From the NCBI GenBank assembly GCA_964016885.1, contig OZ024751.1:15748001-15812000 (forward strand): a stretch of 64,000 nucleotides of DNA. Reading direction: 5' to 3'. This document shows positions 55,139 to 64,000 of the stretch, piece after piece; the first letter of the stretch is position 1, and each line of letters opens with the position of its first letter. A program made the position numbers and the translations under genes. This DNA comes from Eledone cirrhosa. Taxonomy: Eukaryota. The notes below the pieces were generated by a model, which was not told the origin of the DNA, did no database searches, and saw only the letters and a program-made list of their open reading frames with translations.

Positions 55139-55394
55139 CTATATATATATATAAACGTATATATATATATAAATACTATATATATATATAAACCATATAT
55201 ATATATAAATAATGTATATATATATATATAAATAATATAAATATATATATATATACAAATAATATATATATATATAAATAATATATATATATATAAATAA
55301 TATATATATATATCAATAATATATATATATAAATAATATATATATAATATATATAAAGATTCAGTGAGAATCGCATTTTCGGCGGGCATGTATA

Positions 55395-55484
<90 letters not shown>

Positions 55485-55698
55485 TAAATATGTATATATT
55501 TTAAGTAACAATGTTAGCAAAAATTTTAAGTAAAACTTTAACAGAATATTTTTCATAGTAAAAAACGTGTGTTGAAGATGTTTACTCTAAGTTAACTTAA
55601 TATTCAATAGTTTGTAATGCACTTAATGGTTCTAAAATAGATTGTTTACATCTAACTATCTATACATATTCATACATACACATATACCCCCCCCCCCC

Positions 55699-55729
<31 letters not shown>

Positions 55730-55771
55730 CAATATATTAACAAATGGAAACTATATTTATAAAACCATATT

Positions 55772-55839
55772 TATTTTATTATACATATATTTCAAGGGCC
55801 ACCAAGGCAGATTATGGTGCGATTTCATCAGATAAAATA
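55772..55839 (-). ncRNA. Type I hammerhead ribozyme (F2); element ~55730-55925
   Basis: UAUUUUAU-CUGAUGA-AA..CACCA(loop)UGGUG..UU-GAAA-UAUAUGUA-UA|AUAAAAUA. Confidence 0.75.
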
Positions 55840-56236
55840 CAATAAATACAATACAGATTAGTTTTATAAATAAATATTGACATACCCTGAAAAAATGCAA
55901 CCTTAACGGTTGAAGCTTCCTTTTTATTATATATATACATATATATTTATATATACATATATATACATATATATTTATATATACATATATATATATATAT
56001 AATATATATATATACATATATATTTATATATACATATATATATATATAATAAAAAGGACGATTTGTTATGTCTTCATTACGTTTATTGAGTAGTGAAATG
56101 CGTTTGGCTATCGATTCGATCAGCTCAACGTTCGATCTCTATCGATTATTATTACACTTTGCTTAGTACTACACCTCTACACTTACACGCATCGAATGCT
56201 CACTCTGGTGAACCTACAGTAACTGGACGTTACAAC

Positions 56237-56290
<54 letters not shown>

Positions 56291-56398
56291 TCATTCTATA
56301 TATATATATATATTATATATATATTCATTCTATATATATATATATATTCATTCTATATATATATATATTCATTCTATATATATATATATATATATATT

Positions 56399-56441
<43 letters not shown>

Positions 56442-56454
56442 TTCTATACTCTGC

Positions 56455-57780
<1,326 letters not shown>

Positions 57781-57995
57781 TCATACATTTATACATACGT
57801 ACATACATTCATACACACATACATAGGAATATACTGATACATATCTACATACATAGAAGCATGGAAGTAAACACACGTCTGCGAAGGCACAATCGTAAAA
57901 TCTTCTGCCGAGAAAATCTTTGACGAAATCTAATAATGTTGATGGAAAAATAAGAGAAAAAACCACAAAAAACACCCCAAAACAACAACAAAGAA

Positions 57996-58031
<36 letters not shown>

Positions 58032-58962
58032 AACAAAAACAAAAACAAAAACAAAAACAAAAACAAAAACAAAAAACAAAAACAAAAACAAAAAAAACTA
58101 AACAAAAACAAAAAGCAAAAATATACTAAAACCTCCATGAAAATTAGAGAATTGGAAAGAAACTTAGCGTGTGACTTGTTCGATAAATAACTACTAGAAT
58201 ATAGAGGTTGTACACTGCAGAGAGGTGGTGGGTGTTGGAAATGGGAGGTGATATTAAATTTATGATTATGAACATCTATCATCTTGTTAATGCATAGACT
58301 AATTCGATTTATGTGAACATTTTAATTTATTTTCGTCTATTGACACAATTACAAGAGAAAGAACATAATTGGTATGTTATTGGAATAAATATTGATTTCT
58401 TATATCTTCACGAGGTTAGAAATTTGTTAGAAAGGCATTTACCAATTCCTAATTAAAGTGTTTCTCATGTCAAATACAGGTGATTTTTGATTTCTTTATT
58501 CATCTTTATAAGATTCATAAAAATATGTATCTTTAATCGATCATTTATTCTTTACTACCGCAAAATTGTGGGCCTGTGCTACCAGCCAGGCCAACTAGGA
58601 CAGCTCGCTGAGGGCGCAACCCCACCCATCACAGAGAGGTGCATTACTGAACTTCAAAGAATAACAGTTTTATATAAATCTATATAATACATCTTTTCGT
58701 AGCTTCCATGTACTCAAAGATTTTGTTCATATTTTGTAGACCTGTAATCAGGTCTAAAGAACCACAGTTTTATATAGATTTATATAATAAGCTTACATAT
58801 ATGATAATTTCCAGTGATGTTGCTATTAAGATCAACTAGACAGTTCGTCGAGGGCCCAGACCTCGGCGAGGTGCATTACTGAACTTTATTTATTTATTTA
58901 TTTATTCAATTTAAACGTCCGTATAGAGCTAGTTAGCCATGACAGACTAGGGAAAGTATCGA

Positions 58963-58998
<36 letters not shown>

Positions 58999-59106
58999 AT
59001 AATAATAAAATTGAAGACTAAAATCCAAAGAGGGCTCGATAAGGAAAATATATATCAAATATATAAGAACCGTAGAGCAATTCTTTGCTTAAACTTTAAT
59101 CTGTTA

Positions 59107-59187
<81 letters not shown>

Positions 59188-59205
59188 AATATATATATAT
59201 ATACA

Positions 59206-59871
<666 letters not shown>

Positions 59872-60035
59872 CAGAGTGTTGTAGTTTGCTTAAAGCATTG
59901 TTGAATAGCAAACGCAAATTTAAATAATTTTGACAACCATACAATGCCAAGGTTAGATTCTTTTGTTATCTTAGCAATTATTATTTTTTTCTTATCTTAG
60001 CAATCATTTTCTTTGCAGTGCATTGCATGGTTTTC

Positions 60036-60103
<68 letters not shown>

Positions 60104-60384
60104 CCAGTGTACATGATACTCAGTTCTGGCATGAGGTCATATGTGGTTTTTTAAACCAGATATACTTTTAAAAAGCCGTTCACATAAATTGCATATTAGC
60201 TTTAGTGCAGCATGGACTCCTTGTAGACTTGATGGTCCTTGAAATGTCTCTTTAGACCTCCTTGTTGTGGCATATATGGCATCGATAAGGGTGAACTGGT
60301 TTGAATATTCTAGAGTCAGTAAGGAGTGCCTTGTTTTGTGCTCTTATGTGAGATTAATTTTACCACAAACACACACACTCACAC

Positions 60385-60515
<131 letters not shown>

Positions 60516-60544
60516 ACACCCACACACACACATATATATATTTA

Positions 60545-60767
60545 ATTATGTAATAAACAGCACAATAAAATTATTCCATTTACCCAAAGTTTCACGAAGA
60601 CAGGCGATCTCAACAGAAAGGAAAATTTAATAATAGATGGCTGTCGCCTGTCTTCGTGAAACCATGGGTAAATGGGATAATCGTATTGTGTTGTTTATTA
60701 CATAATTAAATAGTTCTGTACTATACATAGAACGCTCTCATTTCCTTTATCTTTTCTACGGAAATAC

Positions 60768-60772
<5 letters not shown>
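60545..60772. mobile_element. F6b-type fold-back element centred in HHR stem II
   Basis: tttc-acgaagacaggcga...tcgcctgtcttcgt-gaaa-ccatggg-ta; no CUGANGA; tail on the right arm. Confidence 0.8.
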
Positions 60773-60852
<80 letters not shown>

Positions 60853-61463
60853 ATATATGACACATCGTGTCGAGCACTCTTGAACATGAGAATGCAAAAA
60901 CATACCCAAAAACAAACAAAAAACTCCCAAAATACAGCCATTACTTATTTTAAATAATAATCTATCCATTTAGAAGCATGTTTTTGAAACTTCTAAAGTA
61001 AAGAATCATTGTTTATTAGAAAAGTAGTATATAGACAAAATTTCTCTGACCGGTGTGAGCAGGTGAGAAACTACATTTAGAACATATATGGATTTGAAGG
61101 CGAACAATACACAACCAGCAAGTCCATTAATGAATGATTTCGAGTTGGATATATTTTACTCCAATCAAGAATAAAAAAAAAGAAAACCCAAGAAATGTAC
61201 TAACCAAAAATAATCTGAAGACAAAGATTAGGAACTATACAAGATTTAGTATTTTCGTCCATTCACACAAAACTAGTTTATACTATGTTAACGATAAGGT
61301 AATATGTGAGTCTTGAGGAGAAATAGTATTACACTCCACAATTACATTGTTTCAAATAAATCAGGAAATACCTTAACTGTATGTGAGAATTACTGTCTTC
61401 CATCTTGCAATAATTTTATCATATATATGTATGTATGTATATTTATATATATATGAATGGATA

Positions 61464-64000
61464 TCTCTCTCTATATATATATAAATGCAAGTTTACGATT
61501 CTGTGTGTCCACCTAAAACTAACAAACTACCGTAACAAACTCCTCAAAATTACATGTACATATTCACTATACACTCGGACAGGTAACGGCTGAAAAAGTT
61601 TTACTTTGCAAAGCAAGGAATTCATTTAAATTCAATTTATCTTATTTTCTAATGAATATCAAAAGAGATGATCCATTTTGTTTCTTTATGTTCTCCAGTC
61701 TGTAGATAAGAGAGTGAGGGATGGGAGAGAGAAAGAGAGAGAGAGTGAGGGATGAGAGAGAAAGAGAGAGAGAGAGAGTGGGATATGGGACAGTAAGGGG
61801 ATGAGCGAGAAAGAGAGAGAGAGAGAGTAAGGGGATGTGAGAGAGAAAGAAAGAGAGTAAGGGATGAGAGAGAAAGAGAGAGAGTGGGAGATGGGAGAGA
61901 GAGCGAGAGAAAGAGATTAAGGGGATGAGAGAGAAAGACGATAAAAGAGAGAGAGGGGGAAAGCAGCCAGCGTTTTTAACTTTTATTTATTTATTATTTT
62001 TACACTTTTTAACTCTCCCGCTTCCTTAACGTTATTTATCTCTTCTTTATTTTTTGTTCTCTATTCTGTAGAGAGAGGGGGATGTGAGAGGGAAAGAGAG
62101 TGAGAGAGTAATGGGATGGGAGAGAGAGAGAGAGGGAAAGCAGCCAGCGTTCATTAACTTTTATTTATTTATTATTTTTACACACTTCTATATCTCCCAA
62201 TGTTATTTATCTTTTATTTATTTTTTGTTCGCTATTCTGTAGAGGATGAGAGAGAGAAAGCAAGAGAGGAGATGAGAAAGAGAAAGGGAGCGAGGCGGAT
62301 GGGGAGAGAAAGACAATAAGAAAAGAGAAAAGATGGGAGAGAGAAAAAAGTAAAGCGGCAGGAGAACGGAAGGGTGATTGGAGGGGTTCTTCACCTAACG
62401 TGTGTCTGCGTTTATATATATATATTTACACACACATATGTGTGTGTTATGGGGGAGGGGGAGCGTTCTTTAACAGACGATATATGTTACCATCAAAGCT
62501 TATTTTTTACATATGTCTAAAGAAATCACAGCTGCTTTTATAGAAGTTGTATTATTAACAGACAAAAAACAAAAAAAATAAGAAAAACGGTATTTTTAAA
62601 AGATATTATTTGAATTAACACAAAAAATTGGGTTTTCTGCGAAGGAATCAAACTAAGTTGAGGACAGATAACTACATCTACCTTAGAGATGCCATCAATT
62701 CTGATTTTGACCCAAGAAATATTGGCCAGCCAGTCATCTACCACCAAGCTTCACGGGAGGTCCACGTTACATGCATGAACGTACGCAAGATGCAATGGCC
62801 TATGTCAGAAAATTTGGTCGGCCAGATCTCTTCATTACATTTACATCCAATTCAAACTGGTTAGCAATATCAAATGAATTATTTTAAAATCAAAAACCAA
62901 AGGATCGACATGACCTCATTGCTCGGGTTTTCCATGAAAAGCAAAAAAAAAAAAACACAAACTCATCTGGCTCCTAAAAGAAGGAAGAATCTTTGGTGAG
63001 CTTAGTGCTTGGATGACCACTATTGAGTGGCAGAAGAGAGGTCTTCCTCACTCACACACACTAAACTGGTGCAAGGAGAAGATAAGACCAGATGATGTTG
63101 ATGAGATAATTTCAGCAGAGTTGCCTGATAAAGGTGGTGATCCAGAGCTCTTTGAAATTATCAAGTCCAAATCATTCATGGTCCATGTGGAGTCATCAAT
63201 CCAGCCTCTCCCTGCATGAAAGATAAAAAATGCAGCAAACCTTATCCTAGAGCTTTTATTCGGGAAACTCGGACTGACAATAATGGATAGCCCCTTTATC
63301 GTAGGCGTAGAGCAGAACATGGAGGCAATACTGCAAGCCTAAAAGTTCGAGGAGAGGAGCTGACCATAAACAATCAGTGGGTCGTCCCACACAACAAATT
63401 GTTGTGTAAACTTTTAAAAGCTCATATCAATGTTGAGTATTGCAGCTCCGTCAAGGCAATCCTATATGTCACAAAATATATCAACGTGGGCAGTGACATG
63501 GCTACCTTTATTACTGACAAAGAACTCAATGATGGAGGGCTGGATGAGGTCAAACGGTATCAAACAGGTCGATACATCTCCAGTAATGAAGCTATCTGGC
63601 GAATCTTTGGATTTGATATCCACCAACGCCACCCAACAGTGGTCAACCTCGAAAATACCCAGAGAGTGTACTTCACTGAGATCACTGCTCATCAGTTGGC
63701 ACAAGCATCACATGACACTACACTAACTGCTTTCTTTAAACTCTGCCAGAATGATGAATTTGCTCGATCCCTCCTATATGCTGAAGTTCCAACATACTAC
63801 ACCTGGACCAATTGCAAGACCTGGAATCGAAGAAAGCAGGGTCATTTAGTGGAAGGTCATGGAGTCAAGTCAAGTGATGCTATTGGGCGTGTTTACAATG
63901 TCCAACCCAACAAGAGAGAATGTTTTTATTTACGGCTACTTCTGCATACTGTTCGAGGACCAACGTCATTTGAGGATCTTAGGTGCTTCAGAGGAAGGGA
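61464..64000 (+). mobile_element. Helitron (runs off the window end)
   Basis: Putative 5' A|TC..tatatataaatgcaagt..gtgtgtcc end, then Rep coding region from ~62628; linkage of the 5' end is inferred. Confidence 0.7.
62628..64000 (+). pseudogene. Helitron RepHel Rep (HUH endonuclease) domain, frameshifted
   Basis: PSFTGGPRYMHERTQDAMAYVRKFGRPDLFITFT, IEWQKRGLPHSH, IISAELPD, HGPCG, WVVPHN..HINVEYC..YVTKYIN, GRYISSNEAIWRIF, FYLRLLLHTVRGPTSFEDLR; stops and frameshifts. Confidence 0.97.

Noticed and set aside
58590-58886. Two related ~60 bp motifs (caactag.acag.tcg..gaggg...gaggtgcattactgaactt)
   Set aside because: An old local duplication with no assignable structure or function.

Overview
Very AT-rich, microsatellite-saturated eukaryotic non-coding DNA. 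Its SINE families and (TA)n/(CA)n/(TACA)n load look cephalopod (Octopus-like); this is an inference. I can support no host exon, and nearly all ORFs in the track are translated microsatellites. Real coding remnants are all transposon pseudogenes: a Penelope-like (PLE) GIY-YIG fragment, R4/Dong-type RLE LINE fragments, an RTE C-terminus, and Helitron RepHel pieces. Also present are Nin-domain and other tRNA-derived SINEs, MITEs and several minisatellites. The dominant unexplained structure is a dense set of short (0.1-2 kb) non-coding elements from about ten unrelated sequence families. They sit in (TA)n tracts, carry type I hammerhead ribozyme (HHR) folds (about 20 near-complete motifs, including compensatory U3:A8 core variants), and are usually arranged as asymmetric fold-back palindromes. 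In two families the palindrome axis or arm boundary repeatedly lies inside HHR stem II. Some loci are head-to-head chimeras of two families, and one family has a tRNA-like Pol III head. All folds were paired by eye; no searches or folding programs were run.
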